Assembly: GCF_009834535.1 (NCBI RefSeq)
Contig: NC_045697.1
Coordinates: forward strand, 110,052,001 to 110,116,000
From: Camelus ferus
Taxonomy: Eukaryota
Length of the DNA: 64,000 nucleotides
Reading direction: 5' to 3'
Shown here piece by piece: positions 13,467 through 27,645 of this stretch. Made by a program: the position numbers and the translations under genes. Position 1 is the first letter of the stretch. Every line of letters begins with the position of its first letter. The notes under the pieces were generated by a model that saw only the letters and a list, made by a program, of their open reading frames with translations, did not search any database and was not told where the DNA came from.

Positions 13467-14420
13467 CTGGGGGAAAAGGAGAGAGATGGACATTGTGCTT
13501 AAAGGCTGTAGCTCTTTTCATGAGCGGGGCCAGAACACGAAACCATTTTATTCATTTTGCTTACGGAAAATACAGAGAACCTGACTGTGTTAGGTGTATT
13601 CACTTACAGCATTGCCATAGTAGGAAGATTGTATTAGTAGTTCCAGAAGTCAGGAAAAGAACATTTAAAATTTTTCATTCAATTTTAATCTTTATTATGA
13701 AAAAAATTTCCTTCTGAATTATTTCTGCATGGTAGAGAATAACTAATATGTTCACTAATGTATTATTACACTGTACACTGGATAATTGTGTACAATGGAT
13801 AATTTAACAAGCCTTCACAGAAGACCATTACTGAGGTTAGTTTTTTCTCCTGTCTTTACAGGTCAATCTTGCATTTGTCACATTCAAAAGTCCTGGGGCC
13901 AATTTTCAAGTCCTTAACTGAATGTGGTCAATTGTCCTTACTTCTGTAAACATATACTATGCTCCAAAATCTACAATTTCCACTTTGCAGTTTTCTTCAT
14001 GATTCTTTTCTGCAAAATGTTAATCAATATATTGAAAAACATGCCTAGGAAAGAAAAAATTTTACCAAATGAACTGCAGATAATCCAAACTACCTGATTG
14101 TCTTATCTGTGGGTTTGCAAATATCAGGTGAGTTCCAGTTATTATAAACAACTAGATCCCAATCCCTCAGCACTAGAAAAATGGTGACATAAATTCATAT
14201 GATGACATGTGATACATATTTAAGAAACTGAATGACAGAGTCAATCCCATATGTACTTCTATCCTCCATGTATTAAACACAAAACTCTCAGCATCCTCTT
14301 AGGCAGGGAAAGCAGTGAATACTGTCTGTCGAAATCAGCCTGTTAACAGAGGTAGGTTGACATCACTTCCTAGTCTTTTTAGTTTGGGCTACGGTTTCAG
14401 CATCCCTTTAAGCTCTTTAC

Positions 14421-14707
14421 CTGGTAAGAGTCTTGAGAAAACACTGGTGCATTATCATTGATGTCCAGCACATGGACGATGAGGGTCCCCTCGGTGTGAT
14501 GCACCAAGTCAGAAATTTGAACCTGCAGCTCATATTCAGTAGCCTCTTCAAAATCCAGCGTTTTCACTAACACCACTACTCCTGTGTTCCGATCAACAGC
14601 AAACTTGGTTCCAGGATTACTCTCTTTGACGAAACTAAAGATGAAAGCTGGATTCGAATCTACATCATGAACTGATATCCGAGTCACAATTACACCAGGC
14701 AAAGAAT
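14421..14707 (-). CDS. DCHS2: DCHS2 coding exon (287 nt, phase 1/0)
   Basis: tgtttcag|ATTCT ... CCAG|gtaaag. Encodes NSLPGVIVTRISVHDVD...LDFE...DINDNAPVFSQDSYQ. Confidence 0.93.
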
Positions 14708-16299
14708 CTGAAACAGTCAGGACCAATGTCAGTCCTCATTAAAATTCATCCTTTGAAATACTTTTCTTTAATAGCTCAATCCAAGCATTTTTATTTTAAG
14801 TTCAACATGGTTTGCCATTTCTTGGCATGATTTCTCATACAAGACTCGTGACGAACAAACAAAAAGGCTGAAGAATTTATAAGCCCAATAAAAGTGAAAA
14901 TTTACCACTGAGTAGGGAACTGAGGAGGGAGGGTAGATTCAATTTTTATATTACACTTTTCATCATCTGTTTATAACACAATTCCAGGACCAAGACACAT
15001 TCTAAGCCACTATCTAGTTTCTGTATCCAAATCATATATTCATGGGGGATGTGCGTTGGGAACATTACGACTCAAAACGTTAATACAAAATGTAAAATTT
15101 TGAGAAGTAGGCCAGATTTAAACAAAAATATTTGGATACTGAAGTTAGAGATAGATATTTAGTTCCTTGTATTTATTTTTGTAAAATAATTTCTTCTGAG
15201 TGGCACATACTGGTTCTTTCTCTTAAAAATCTGACTTTCAAAATTATCAAAATTATCTATAGAAAGTATACATCATACTAGTAATGAAATCAGATCTCTA
15301 ATGTTATTCACCAAAAACAAACTCACAAAATAGATGACACGGTAAATGTCTCACATGCCATGTGTGTTCTCGACCCTAAACCGCCATGAAAAGGACTTTG
15401 TTTTGAAGCTGCTAGGGTACAGTGCAGGTGCATAGAAGATGCCAAGACCTTCAGAATAGTTCCACTGTGTGTGAGAGTCCTAATTTTCATCTTTCAAGTC
15501 TGAGTATTCCAACCGCATCTGACCTCATTTAGCATGTTTTGATTTATTCAGTTTGTCCTTATGCTGTATTTACACTGGGCACATTGCTGCATTTTGATTC
15601 CAATGCATGTGCTTTAGAATAGTACCTTCAGTAAAAGCCAATGAAAATAGATGAAACAAGTGAGAGGCAAAAATGAGCAATTTTTTTTTTATTGGTAGGC
15701 TATTTTAGAATATTTAAAATATTCGTAGATATCCTTTTATGGAGAAGTTTCTGGAATACAGCCCTCTGTGAGATGGGATGTTTATAATTTGTTCAGAAAT
15801 GGAACATAACAAAATGTTAGGCACACTTTAGGAATATGTTGGATATTAAGAGTGAAAGGAGAGAGGCCACTGTTTGCAACTTCAACTCTAAAAAGCTGGG
15901 TTGGGTTTGACCAACAGTACAGCTGTTGACCATAGGCAGATTTGAAATCATAGACTACTGAGTCCTCACACAAGCCAGAGACCCAAGCAATTAAGATTAA
16001 TCAGCATATCACGTAAAATTCTGTATTTTCAACCTCTACCATTTACATGGTAAAAATTTTCTGCAATTGTTGATGTTCAGTTTATACTAGAGGAAAATGG
16101 TAACTTTGTGCAAGGAACACCCAGCTCCTCCACTTATGACTTGTCGTTAGTGTCCTGCACAGACTGACAGAGTTATCAGCCCAAGAACACCGCTTCCTCG
16201 CAGGGGAGCTTCAGGGTGATCATCACAGTCAACAGAAGATGCTTCTTCATGGAGTAGAGCTCACTTTTGAGAAATGTCCATACACAAAAAAGAAGCTAT

Positions 16300-16510
16300 G
16301 TGGAGTGGTGGTTTGACCTTGGGAAACTGGCCTCCCGCTGATTTGTATGCAAATCCCAACTTTTAACATTTAACTCCTTTGACATTCGCTATTTAACTTT
16401 TGACCATCATTTTTTATTCTGTAAAATGAAGGCAAAAACTATTTATGTTGTGGTTGTTGAGAATCGGAACTCATAACTAACATAGCACCTGGTTGAAAAA
16501 AAAATGGTAG
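16300..16510 (+). mobile_element. MIR SINE (degenerate, interrupted)
   Basis: tgaccttgggaaa ... ctgtaaaatgaagg ... catagcacctgg core words. Confidence 0.5.
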
Positions 16511-16561
16511 ATAATAATATACAAGTTACTCAAAACCACTATGTTGAATCACCACACTTAC

Positions 16562-16692
16562 TTTCTGCAATTTCCACTGCTTCAGAGGGGAGAAATTCCG
16601 GAGCATTGTCATTTGTATCAGTCACCTGTATCTCAATCACACTTGTACCAGAAAGCCTGGGTCTCCCTTTATCTGTGGCTTGCACAATCAAG
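16562..16692 (-). CDS. DCHS2: DCHS2 coding exon (131 nt, phase 2/1); not in the supplied ORF track
   Basis: ccaaaccag|CTTGATT ... GAAA|gtaagt. Encodes (R)LIVQATDKGRPRLSGTSVIEIQVTDTNDNAPEFLPSEAVEIAE. Confidence 0.93.
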
Positions 16693-17477
16693 CTGGTTTG
16701 GAAAAGAATTGAGGAATGTTATCCATCATCCAGAGAATAAGAAAACAACATGAATATCAGATATCCAGTTGAAAATTTAAAAATGAGCTGACTAGCTACT
16801 TTTATTTCTCCCTCTGGCTTTTCTAAATGGCATCACTTAAAACTTATTTTATAAAATGGTAGCCTGAAATTGATCTATTTTGGGTATATTTAGGGAATCA
16901 AATCCAGTGAGCCACCAGGGGGTCATGAAGTGCTGAAAATGAACGAACTCTTTCTGGGAGACACAGGGTAAAATTCAGTCCTTCCCTACTAAGAACAACC
17001 TAAAAAGTAAAACACCAAAACCTGCTCTTTGGATAAGTGGACTGCCTCCACCCCGCCACACATGGCCTGAATATTGCTACATATTTCCATTTTACTGCAC
17101 CAACAAAACATAGAGCCACTAAAAGATTGCTTTGTATTGTTTTTTTCAGATCCAAACTGCACGTCAATCAAAATTGTAGAATCAGAACTGCAGAAAGGGC
17201 ACTGCCATGAAGAATACACATACGACAGATGTGTAATTGACTAGGACTGTAAAGCAAAGTTCAAAGTCCATGATCTGCACATAGTGATCCAATCTCTCTT
17301 GGATGATGGTACAACCAGTTATTCCAGCAACCAACTTAGAAACCTTATTAGCATTTTCAACTTCTCCCTTTGTCACCACCTTAACAACACCCAACTAGTT
17401 ATGAGTCTTATAGATTTTATTACCTGAATATCACCTGGATCAGTGTCCCCATCTACTTCACTCCTACCTTCAGAGCC

Positions 17478-17596
17478 TCAGATGGGCTAATCGGACATCC
17501 TGCTTTACAGGAACTGAAAGGTTTCCTGACATGGGACTTTATTATTTTTTTAAAAGCAGGACAGTCCCAGACAATCTAGGATGCATTGATCACTGT
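17478..17596. mobile_element. MER81-like non-autonomous hAT-Blackjack element, inside L2-like sequence (~17400-18060)
   Basis: ggaactgaaaggtttcctgacatgggacttt...aaaagcaggacagtcccagacaatctaggatgcattgatcact resembles MER81. Confidence 0.55.
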
Positions 17597-19739
17597 AGCC
17601 CCATCCCCTCATCATTACCTGGCATGCTGTGTGTTCATTATATCTTTTCTCCACTGGAGTGTTTGTTACTCACCAATCTTCCTACTGCAAGTCTCATCCG
17701 ATTTCTATTCATCCTCCACATTCAACTGTTCTATCTAAAATCTCGGTTTGAAAATTTGACTCCCCTATTTAAAACCTTTCTTTGGCATTTCATGTCTACA
17801 AGAGGGTAGTCTAAGCCTTGAGCACACACGCATGACCTGCTACAGCCTGGCTTCTGCCTGGAATCCTGTCCCTACGCCCTCACATCTCTGTAAGCCCTCG
17901 CTGGCCTCTCATCTGATTTCATGTCCCTCTCTCCATCGCATAGCACCTGGTACGCTCTTCTTCACCCTGTCTTCTTAATGATTTATTTGTCTGCCTCTCC
18001 CATTAGTTCTTTGAGGGCAGATGTCTAGCCTTATTTGATTTTCTTTAAATACATGTTGAGTGTTGGTTTCTCAGAATTTATCCAAGATCATAAATCGATT
18101 AGATGCCAGAGCCAGATTCCAGCCCAGGTCCTGGTTGACAGGAAAGCTTGCACTCTTCTATACGATACTCTTCAACATGCCTCTCTTACTGTGTGTCTAT
18201 CACACCCTAATGTGTAATCATTAGCTTTGCACTCCCCTCTAAACACGATGACTTCCAGGAGGACAGCTGACTAATAAAGCAAGCTGTCAGTCAGAAGATG
18301 ATCTCCATTTCACCAGTGGAATTAGTATCAGTCAGTTGGTGATACTATCTTTTGAGAAACCAGGTCATGGAAGTGGACATGTTGTTAGCTTACCTGATAA
18401 GTGTTCTTAATCATCCAACTTTAAATTTTAAAATGATGTAAAATAAGCATTAACCTTTTGTTGGGTTGAATTCTGGTTAATAGCAAATGATCACCGCTTA
18501 CCTACCATTCACAAAGCGCACAGGCTGCCTTCTGCACTGTTGGAAGCTGGGACATCAGTAAAAACAACTACTTGAATTTCACATTTCCTGAGTCTAGGAA
18601 TAATTCCCCATGGACAGTTTGTTTTGTTAGCATGAACGTAAGTCAGGTACATATGGAAAAATTTTACTAAAATAATCAACTCATAATGTTCTCTGCCCCT
18701 GCGGCGTGGCCCTCCCCAATGTCATACTGAAGTCTCAGCCAAGACATCAAAGTTACGGCTCTGTGGGCTTTTCCACTACAGCCCTAACCGCCCTTATTTT
18801 CACAGTGTTATGATTTCAGAGGTCCTATGTAATGCCTACGTCAGGTTAAAAAAGTGAGAGTCTTTGATAGAGAGAGACATACGATTCAATTTCAAAACAA
18901 AAGGACAAGTAAAAAGTTTCTCAGTGGCTTGAAGAACAAATGAAAAGTAATGAAAGTAGATCCCCTGAGATTCTACACATGACTTCTATGAGACTTCAAG
19001 TTTTCTGTGACGGCTCCTTGGCAGTCTTTGTATAACTATTGGTTGTGGCCAGTCCAACTGGCTCCGTGTTCCAGGACTGCTGTCCTGATTAGGAAATCAA
19101 AAGAGACTCTGCATGAAACCGACCAGATGAAACCAGTCTCATTCTAGTTCAGAGCTTACTTCTATCTCCCAACGATGGGACGCTTCTTTTACCATGTTAA
19201 ACTTTAAATGAGACTTCGGCCAGGTAGGGTCTTTTCTGACTGCCTTAATACTGAAGATGGTGGTAGAAAAATTTTCAAAACTCTCTCTCAACACTATATT
19301 AAGTGTCTCCCAAGAGTTAAGTGTTCCTTCTGAAATTCGAAGAGAAACAAAAGTATCAGCCAACATCGTAACACCTCTCAAAGGAAGAGCTCTGACTTCT
19401 GGCTATATCTACACAGGTTTTATTTCCTCTTCCTCTGGAGATTCTACTCTAACGATGGCAAAGGAATTTAATGTAAGGTATATGTTAAGGCTAAAAAGAA
19501 AATGGGAGAAGGTATTAGTGAGTGGAATGGGTGAGAAGTTTCAACAAATTTCGGGAAAATGCAAGCAGATTGAGGGATAGTTACAGATTAGTGGATCAGC
19601 AGAAACTATGGAGTAAAAGATATTCTGCATTTGGAGGGAGATAAGAATGAGAGAATGAGTGAGAAACAGATTTGACCCCACATAACCAAGGATAAGCTCA
19701 AAACATGGCAAAGGGCTGTGTGAGATACTGGGCTAAAAA

Positions 19740-19948
19740 TAGGGATTTCAAAATTGTAGAATAGATAAACAAGATTATACTGTATAGCACAGGGAAATAT
19801 ATACAAGATCTTGCGGGTAGCTCAGAGAAAAAAATATGACAATGAATATATGTATGTTCATGTATAACTGAAAAATTGTGCTCTACATTGGAATTTGACA
19901 CAATATTGTAAAATGATTATAAATCAATAAAAAATGTTAAAAAAAAGA
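19740..19948 (+). mobile_element. Young lineage-specific L1 3' tail with poly(A)
   Basis: Closely similar to 42064-42270 in this window. Ends aataaaaaatgttaaaaaaaa. Confidence 0.9.
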
Positions 19949-22084
19949 AAGATTATTTTAAATTCAAAATACAGAACAATCAAGTCCCCTTGCCCATTTC
20001 TCTTCAATCCCAGGCAAAACTATGTCCGATGTTCATACTCAGGGTGAGCAACACTAAGAGACTGTCCCTGGAGAATAAAAACCCCTCCCAAAGGGAAAAA
20101 AAAAATCTCTCTATACACTGTCATTTGTATGTCATCCTGCAAAGCAGTCAAGTTCCTCTCTAGCTCATCTGAAAGCCAAGTGTGCTGGTCAGTGAGTTCC
20201 ACAAGCCCACAGAGAGATTCTGACTTCACTGTTGCCTTGCTCAGAACCAAGGATCATTAGTTACTTACAGAAAGCCTCCAGCATGGAAAAGAGAGCATAA
20301 AATAGACAAAGGGAAGAAACAGATCCAAAGGAAACAGAGATGTTGAAAGTGCAAAAGACAATGTAAAAACAATTCTAAGATAATGCGTAACACAAGAACA
20401 CAATGCTGTGGAAAAGCTGAAAGATGAAGGAAGAGCTTTTGGAAATTAAAAAAATATATATATATAGTATCCCAAAAATGTTAAACTAAAAAACAAAAAT
20501 AGAGAAAGTTTAGAAGGTTATAATTAAGTGAATCTCCCAGAAAAAAACGGAACAACAAAAATAAACCCACACACAAGAAATGGAAAGTAGGGAATGAAAT
20601 ATCACTGACAAATGATGAATTCTGGCAGTCCAACATTTGATCGTCAAGAGCTTCCTCATCACCAGGCAATGGTCTCTCTCCAGTTGTGGACCTCAATATT
20701 ATAAACCTCAGAATGCTTACTCAGCCTTGTTTGAAATGAAAAGAAATTCTAGGTCACAATGGCATCCATTGAGAAATCAACAGAGGAAATAATCCTACCA
20801 CATGTTTGAAAATGAACACTCGAAGGCTACCATTTTGGCCCTCGTTCACAGACAGAAGTTTACAGCATTGAGGAGGACTTGCATTCTGGTGATGGCAGAA
20901 GGGAAAATGAACAAAAGCCCTGTTGGAACACTGGCCAAATAAGGCAAATTTGTGATTTGAGTTGAAATCTATACATGTGATACTTCTTTTTATCATAAAT
21001 TATAATTCCTGTCTCTGAAATTTATGGATGCTACCTAGGACAGGAATTCATAACCATGAAGTTGTTTGATTTCTGGAACCTGCGGTGTTCCTGGTACATA
21101 TTTGTTATAGGACATTTTATTTCCTCACTTAATCTGTAAAATGTTTTTGTTAATGCAAGTCAATCTGTTGACTTCAGTTTTCGATTAACCTTACAGTTTC
21201 ATATTAATCAACCTACAAATACAATAGTGTGTACTTTATCTTGTTAGAAAACAATTTGGGACAAGTCCATTCCCTGCAAACTCCTTAAAATAAGGAATAT
21301 TTTTTGCAGATTCTAATCCAAACACATTCTGAAAGCTTTTCCTTTCATGTAGTCCAACCTCTCTCCTTGGTTTCCATGAAACCACCTTTTCCAGGTTCTG
21401 CTCCTATCTTTCTAGTCCATAAATCTACTTTGCTGGCTCCTTTTGCTCTGTCTGGCCCTCAAATGGTGATAATCCCCCAAATTCCCATTTCATATGGTCT
21501 CCCTAGGTAATTCCATCTTACACATTTTCCCTGGATGAATCCCAAATCTAAATCTTGAATGAAGATCTCTTTCCTGAGCGCCAGATCATTATTTTTAATT
21601 CCCAAAGATGTATCTTTACTTCTGCTCTTGCACTGGCCCTTTAAACTCAAAATGCTTAGGAAAAAAAAATAATCCAATCCCTGTCGAGTCTTCTTCTTGC
21701 TTTTCCCACGTGGAAACTTCAGAAGCATTTACTACCTCCTCCCCTTGTTCCTATAGATTTCGTGTCTGAATCAATTAGTAAGTATGACCCCTCCTTGAAT
21801 TCCCACAGCTTCTTCCCCGTAACAGACCTCTCACAGCTGTGGTTTAGCTTAACCAGTCTGTGTGATGCTGGTTCTCTGTCCTGCAAGACATCATCACCAG
21901 ACGTCTTTTAAAAATAAAGATCTGAACATGCACTCAATGCTGATAATTTTATATAGCTTACAGACTAGAGTACAATTTCCAGTATATGGTATATAAGGTC
22001 CTTCAAAACTTGCCTGCAACCTACCAGCCTCTCTTTTGTTGTTTTGCTTTGTTTTTCACATCATAGGATGAGATCCCCCCCCCC

Positions 22085-22385
22085 AGTTTTATTGAGATAT
22101 AATTGATATGCAGCACTGTATAAGCTTGAGGTATACAGACAGCATAATGACTTGACTTACACATACTGTGAAGTGATTACCATAATAATAACCTTAGTTA
22201 ATATCCATCATTCGCATAGATATGGAAAAAATTTTTTTCTCTTGTGATGAGAACCCTTAAAATCTCCTCTCGTAACAACTTTCGTATATACCATACACAG
22301 TCATCATGTTGTATATTACATCCCTAGTACTTATTTATCTTACTGGAAGTTTGTGCTTTTTGCCCATCTGTCTCCTACTCTTCCA
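22085..22385 (-). mobile_element. L1 3' end (L1MA9/L1_Art-like) inserted into an L2 (~21350-22530)
   Basis: ttttattgagatataattga...gtgatgagaacccttaaaatc...tacatccctagtacttatttatctt. Possible TSD ccagcctct at 22024 and 22389. Confidence 0.75.
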
Positions 22386-22559
22386 CACCCAGCCTCTTTT
22401 TTCATTACCCCACACTCAGCAGCTTCTCAGGTGCACTGTACCACTTGTTACTTCCAAATGCACCGAATGCTTTCACATATCCATGCCCTCCCTCATGCTT
22501 TCTGCCTTGATGTCGTCATGCCTGGAACGCCTTTACTCCCTTTTCCATGGGGAACCAGC

Positions 22560-22740
22560 AGACTGGAGGTCCAATTCCAGCCTTGCTGCTTATGAGTCAT
22601 GTATTTTGGAAAAAATAATTAACATTTCAGCCCATTTGCTACCTTTAATATATAACTGCTTTTTTATTATTTCTTGCACAGTCATAATGAGAATTTGGTG
22701 GAGTATGAGTTTAGCATTGCTCCTGGCAATAAGTGCTCTT
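22560..22740 (+). mobile_element. MIR SINE
   Basis: aattccagccttgctgcttatgagtcatgtattttggaaaa ... tttagcattgctcctggcaataagtgctc. Confidence 0.55.
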
Positions 22741-23154
22741 TGACCTTGAATATTTCTCCTACAGAAACTGAATTTTTAAACGCTTAACTCTTAATTTGCC
22801 TATGACCTTTTTGTTGTTCACTTTAATTTAAAGTCCCTCAAAAGACTAAAAAATCTCGGCCCTAAAGTGTTACAAGACTCACACGAATATTGATTACCAG
22901 CTTAAATAGTAATAAAGTCTCCCCACATCAGTTATAAGTCAGGAAGAAGAAAGCAGTTATTCAAATCCCACTTTTGCAGCTCATATATGTCCTGCCACAA
23001 TTGCTGGTTGGAACTTAATTGCTATAATTATTTTAAGTTTCAGAAGTTTTTTTTTCGTTTTGTGTTTTGTAAATAGACAGGTATACGCCCTAAAGACTCA
23101 TTCACATGATACAGTAGGAAGCCCTCCCTGCTAGGACCATTCACACAAGCAAGA

Positions 23155-23305
23155 ATCTCAGTTCTACATTTCCTAGCTGTGTATTCTTGGCAAACAGCTT
23201 TACCTCTCTAAGCTTTAGTCCCTCACTCTGTAAATCTTAAGTCTGTTATGACAATTCAACACGTAAAGCAGGTGCTCTGTAAATGGAAGCTATTGCGATT
23301 ATTAA
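23155..23305 (+). mobile_element. MIR SINE followed by an AT-rich low-complexity tract (to ~23465)
   Basis: ctagctgtgtattcttggcaaacagctttacctctctaagcttt...ctgtaaa. Confidence 0.65.
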
Positions 23306-24169
23306 TATGCTTTATAGTATTTATAATTACTTTATTATAAATACAAATATCATTATCATGTGTATAATATATAACACGTAATATATAATTATAAAATAAT
23401 ATAATTATAATATATAAAAATTATAAATATAATTATTACAAATAATAATTTTAAATTATTGATATAAAGGGACTCATGTGCCTTTATATCCCCAGTTTCA
23501 TGCTTGGTAACTAATTTTTTAAATTCAGAAATATCAGCCAGACAGAACTTAAGGTTTATTTTATTATCTGTCATCATCTGCCCACTGAGTTTCCCTATAT
23601 GTGGTTAATATGAGAACTAAAAATTATTTACTTTTTATTTAATGCATTTATATTGAGTAGAACCATAACTGACAATATCTTTCCCCTTCTCCTTTTATAT
23701 TGTAAAACACAGGGCTGGAATTGGGAAAATCTTCAGTCAGACAAAATAGCAAAATTCAAAAGGTTAAAATAAAGTTAAATGTTAAATGATACCATTTCCA
23801 AAATCTTCACTAAAGGTAGAGCAGGCTGGGGGAAATCATTCTATTTTTCTCATTACCTGAAAGATCGGAGAAAGAACTAGAAAGGCAGAGAAGCCACACA
23901 TAGCAGGAGAGGGGGAAAACTTAGAGAGATGGAGGTTCAAATTGTTCCTGTGGTGACACTGGAGACAGCCTGTGTGTGTGTTTGTGTGTGTGTGTGTCTG
24001 CATCTGTATCTCTACATCTGTGACCATGTGTGTAGATTTCAACTTCTCTCAGTCCCTGCTTCTCCCAGGAACTGAATTCTTCATGGGGACTCAGAGAGGG
24101 GCACTTTAAAATATTGGGACCAATTTAAATGTTGGGAACATTGAAATGATGATGCAAATAAGAAAAAGC

Positions 24170-25947
24170 TGAAAGACTTATACATGGAGAACTACAAAAC
24201 ATTGACTAAGGAAATTAAAGAAGACTTAAAAAAAATGGAAAGATATCCCATGCTCCTGGATTGGAAGAATCAATATTCTTAAAATGGCCATACTGCCCAA
24301 CACAACCTACAGATATAATGAAATCCCTATCAAATTACCCAGGACATATTTCACAGAACTAGAACAAATCATATTAAAATTTATAAGGAGTCACAAAAGA
24401 CCCAGAATTGCCAAAGCATTACTGAAGAAAAAGAATGAAGCTGGAGGAATAACTCTTCCAGACTTCAGACAATACTACAGAGCTACAGTAATCAAAACAG
24501 CATGGTATTAGTACAAAAACAGACATATGGACCAATGGAACAGAATAGAGAGCCCAGAAATGAACCCACAGACTTTTGGTCAATTAATCTTTAACAAAGG
24601 AGGCAAGAACATACAATGGAATAAAGACAATCTCTTCAGCAAATGGTGTTGGGAAAATTGGACAGCAGCATGTAAATCAATAAAGTTAGAATATTCCCTC
24701 ACATCATACCCAAAAATAAACTCAAAATGGCTTAAAGACTTAAACATAAGACAAGACACAATAAATCTCCTAGAAGAAAACATAGGCAAAACATTATCTA
24801 ACATACATCTCAGCAATGTTCTCCTAGGGCAGTCTATCCAAGCAATAGAAATAAAAGCAAAAATAAACAAATGGGTCCTAATTAAACTTACAAGCTTTTG
24901 CACAGCAAAGGAAACTATAAGCAAAACAAAATAACAACCTACAGAATGGGAGAAAAAAGTTGCAAAAGATGAAACTGACAAGGGCTTGATTTCCAGAATA
25001 CATAAACAGCTCATATGACTTAAGAAAAAAACAAACAACCCAATCCAAAAATGGCAGAAGATCTAAACAAGCAATTCTTCAAAGAAGACATACGAATGAC
25101 CAATAGGCACATGAAAAAATGCTCAATATCACTAGTTATCAGAGAAATGCAAATCAAAACTACGATGAGGTCAGAATGACCTCATCCAAAAGTCCACAAA
25201 CAATAAATGCTGGAGAGGGTATGGAGGAAAGAGAATCCTCCTACACCGCTGTTAGGAATGTAATTTGGTGCAGCCATTATGGAAAACAGTATGGAGATTC
25301 CTTTAAAAACTAAAAATATTTACCATATGATCCAGCAATCCTATTCCTGGGCATATATCTGGAGGAAACTCTAATTCAAAAACGTACATGCACCCCAATG
25401 TTCATAGCAGCACTACAGATAATAGCCAAGACATGGAAGCAACCTGAATGTCCACTGACAGATGACTGGACAAAGAATTGCAGTATATATATTCAATGGA
25501 ATACTACTCAGCCATAAAAAATAATGCCACCTGCAGCAACATGGATGGACCTAGAGACTGTCATTCTAAATGAAGTAAGCCAGAAAGAAAAAGAAAAATA
25601 CCATATAATATCATTTATATGTGGATTCTTAAAAAATGAGACAAATGATCTTATCTGCAAAACAGAAACAGACTCACAGACATAGAAAACAAAGTTATAG
25701 TTACCAGCGGGGAGAGGGTGGGTGGTGGGATAAATTGGGAGTTTGGGATTTGCATATACTAACTACTATTTACAAAGCAGATAAACAAAGTATAGCACAG
25801 GGAACTATATTCAATATCTTGTAATAGCCTATAATGAAAAGAATATGAAACTATATATATAATATATATATATATAAAACTGCATCACTATGCTGTATGC
25901 GAGAAATTAACACAACATTGCAAACCAACTATATTTCAATAAAAAAG
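24170..25947 (+). mobile_element. 5'-truncated L1: 3' part of ORF2 plus 3' UTR
   Basis: ORF fragments 24284-24511 and 24527-24934 ([20 protein letters not shown]) are ORF2p, broken by stops and frameshifts. Ends caataaaaaa. Confidence 0.95.
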
Positions 25948-26311
25948 GAAAATGTCATTGAGCCTTCACTTTTTTTAAAAACAGTAACATCAAACATCAG
26001 CAGTGTCTATAGCTCAGAAGGCATTTCACAAATATTTCTAACGTCTCTCATTTAGGACTTAATAGCATCACACTTGCAAGAACTCTTAGAACTAGAAGGG
26101 ACCTGAGAGTTCTTCCAGTCCAATCACATTTTCCAAATAGCAAATACCGTCTGCTACTCTCTCAGTGAACCAAGGGTGATCCTAATTTGGGTCAAAGGGA
26201 AAACCTATCTTACAGCTAAGCCGTATGTAACAGGAAGTCATGTCCAAAGCAACTATGTGGTCAGAAACAAAGCAAAATAGCTGGTCAAATGGATCTGAGT
26301 CTGGAACATAC

Positions 26312-26463
26312 CGATAGGTGTGGGTGCCCTCGTAATCCAGAATCGCGTTTGCTGTTAGCACACCGCTCAGTGTGTCCATCTGGAATGCTTGCCCTTGGTT
26401 GCCAGAAAGAATGCAATACTCAACAAGGCCATTTGACCCGCTGTCCAGGTCTGTGGCGAAAAC
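26312..26463 (-). CDS. DCHS2: DCHS2 coding exon (152 nt, phase 0/2)
   Basis: cctcacag|GTTTTC ... TATCG|gtatgt. Encodes VFATDLDSGSNGLVEYCILSGNQGQAFQMDTLSGVLTANAILDYEGTHTY. Confidence 0.93.
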
Positions 26464-27239
26464 CTGTGAGGAAGTGACTCTTCCGTTAGTTAAGGATTAA
26501 ATCTGCAGGTGGGTTAAGCCTCTTTTTTAGAGAAATGCATTGAAAGAATCACATTGTCAAACACACTTTAAAAACAATGATCGATGGAATATTAGCCAAT
26601 GGCTGAAGTTTACATTTATAATAAATAAATAAAGAAGACTCACCGAAACAATTTCCAAGTAATTTTCAGTAGGGCTACCACATGTTTTGAGCTAAATGAA
26701 AGAAGACCTAGATTTGGTGCTAACAAATTTAGATCTTGATGATTTATTTAATGAGCTGTACAAGCATGAGTGTTGAAGAGAAAACAAAAGTCCTGTATCA
26801 TTCTCTGAGGAGATACATTATTTAGTCTGCTTTACATTTTAATCACAAAACTAACTCTATTAGTGGATTCAAGATCTCATTTCAGAACAAGTTGACAGAT
26901 TAATTTTTGTCTATTTATTTTTATCTTCTATGCCCCTCAGCCATTGCCTGGGCTCACATCCCCAGTCATCTCTCTCCTGGTCATCTACACTGATGTCCTA
27001 GTGGGATTTTGCTTTTAGCTCCCTCTCCTTTCAATTTATCCTTCACCCTGCAGCTCGAGTTCTCAGGGGAGCCAGAACCTCACACAGCCAGCTACTTGGT
27101 ACAGAAAGGCAGCAACTCACAGCACCCTTTGAGATCATGAGGAAGGGAAACGTACTTGCATCTGGGCAGAATAAAGTCCATCATGTCCCCTAGGCTGTAC
27201 ACTTAAAAGTGTTACAGTAGTAGGCCCCCCGGGAGGTGG

Positions 27240-27645
27240 ATCAGCCAGGGTTCTCAGGGTGCTAGCAACACAAATCCACTGTGGCTAACTTCACCAGGAG
27301 AGAAAGGTATCAGGATAGCGTCCAGGTGACGCACAAGAATGCGAGCGACTCTGGGGCACAGCTTCTTTGAGTTGACACTGTCAAGATGAATCAGCTCTGA
27401 TTTGTCTCCTTCCTGGTGACCTACCACCCAGGATTCAAATTCTGGGGAGAGAAAGTCTACAGGAGGCCGAGGGGCTTGACATCACCTGTCGCAAGGCGGG
27501 GAGGTCACGACCTTGACTGACAATCCCACCAAGACTGCATCTGGCAGTGGAGGGTCGGTTCCTACAGACATCGGTTCCTACAGGAAGCTGGGGGGCTGTA
27601 ACCAAAAGGAAGGCGCATGGGCCGTGTGGTAGCAAAAACCAAGAA
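27240..27645. mobile_element. MaLR LTR (MLT1K/L-like)
   Basis: tcagccagggttctc...gcaacacaaatccactgtggctaactt ... accttgactgacaatcccaccaagact ... ctgtaaccaaaaggaagg. Confidence 0.6.

Noticed and set aside
26489..26496. U12-type branch point TCCTTAAC (minus) upstream of the 26463 acceptor
   Set aside because: The intron's donor is GTAAAAAG, not GTATCCTT. The overlapping ACTAAC fits an ordinary U2 branch point.
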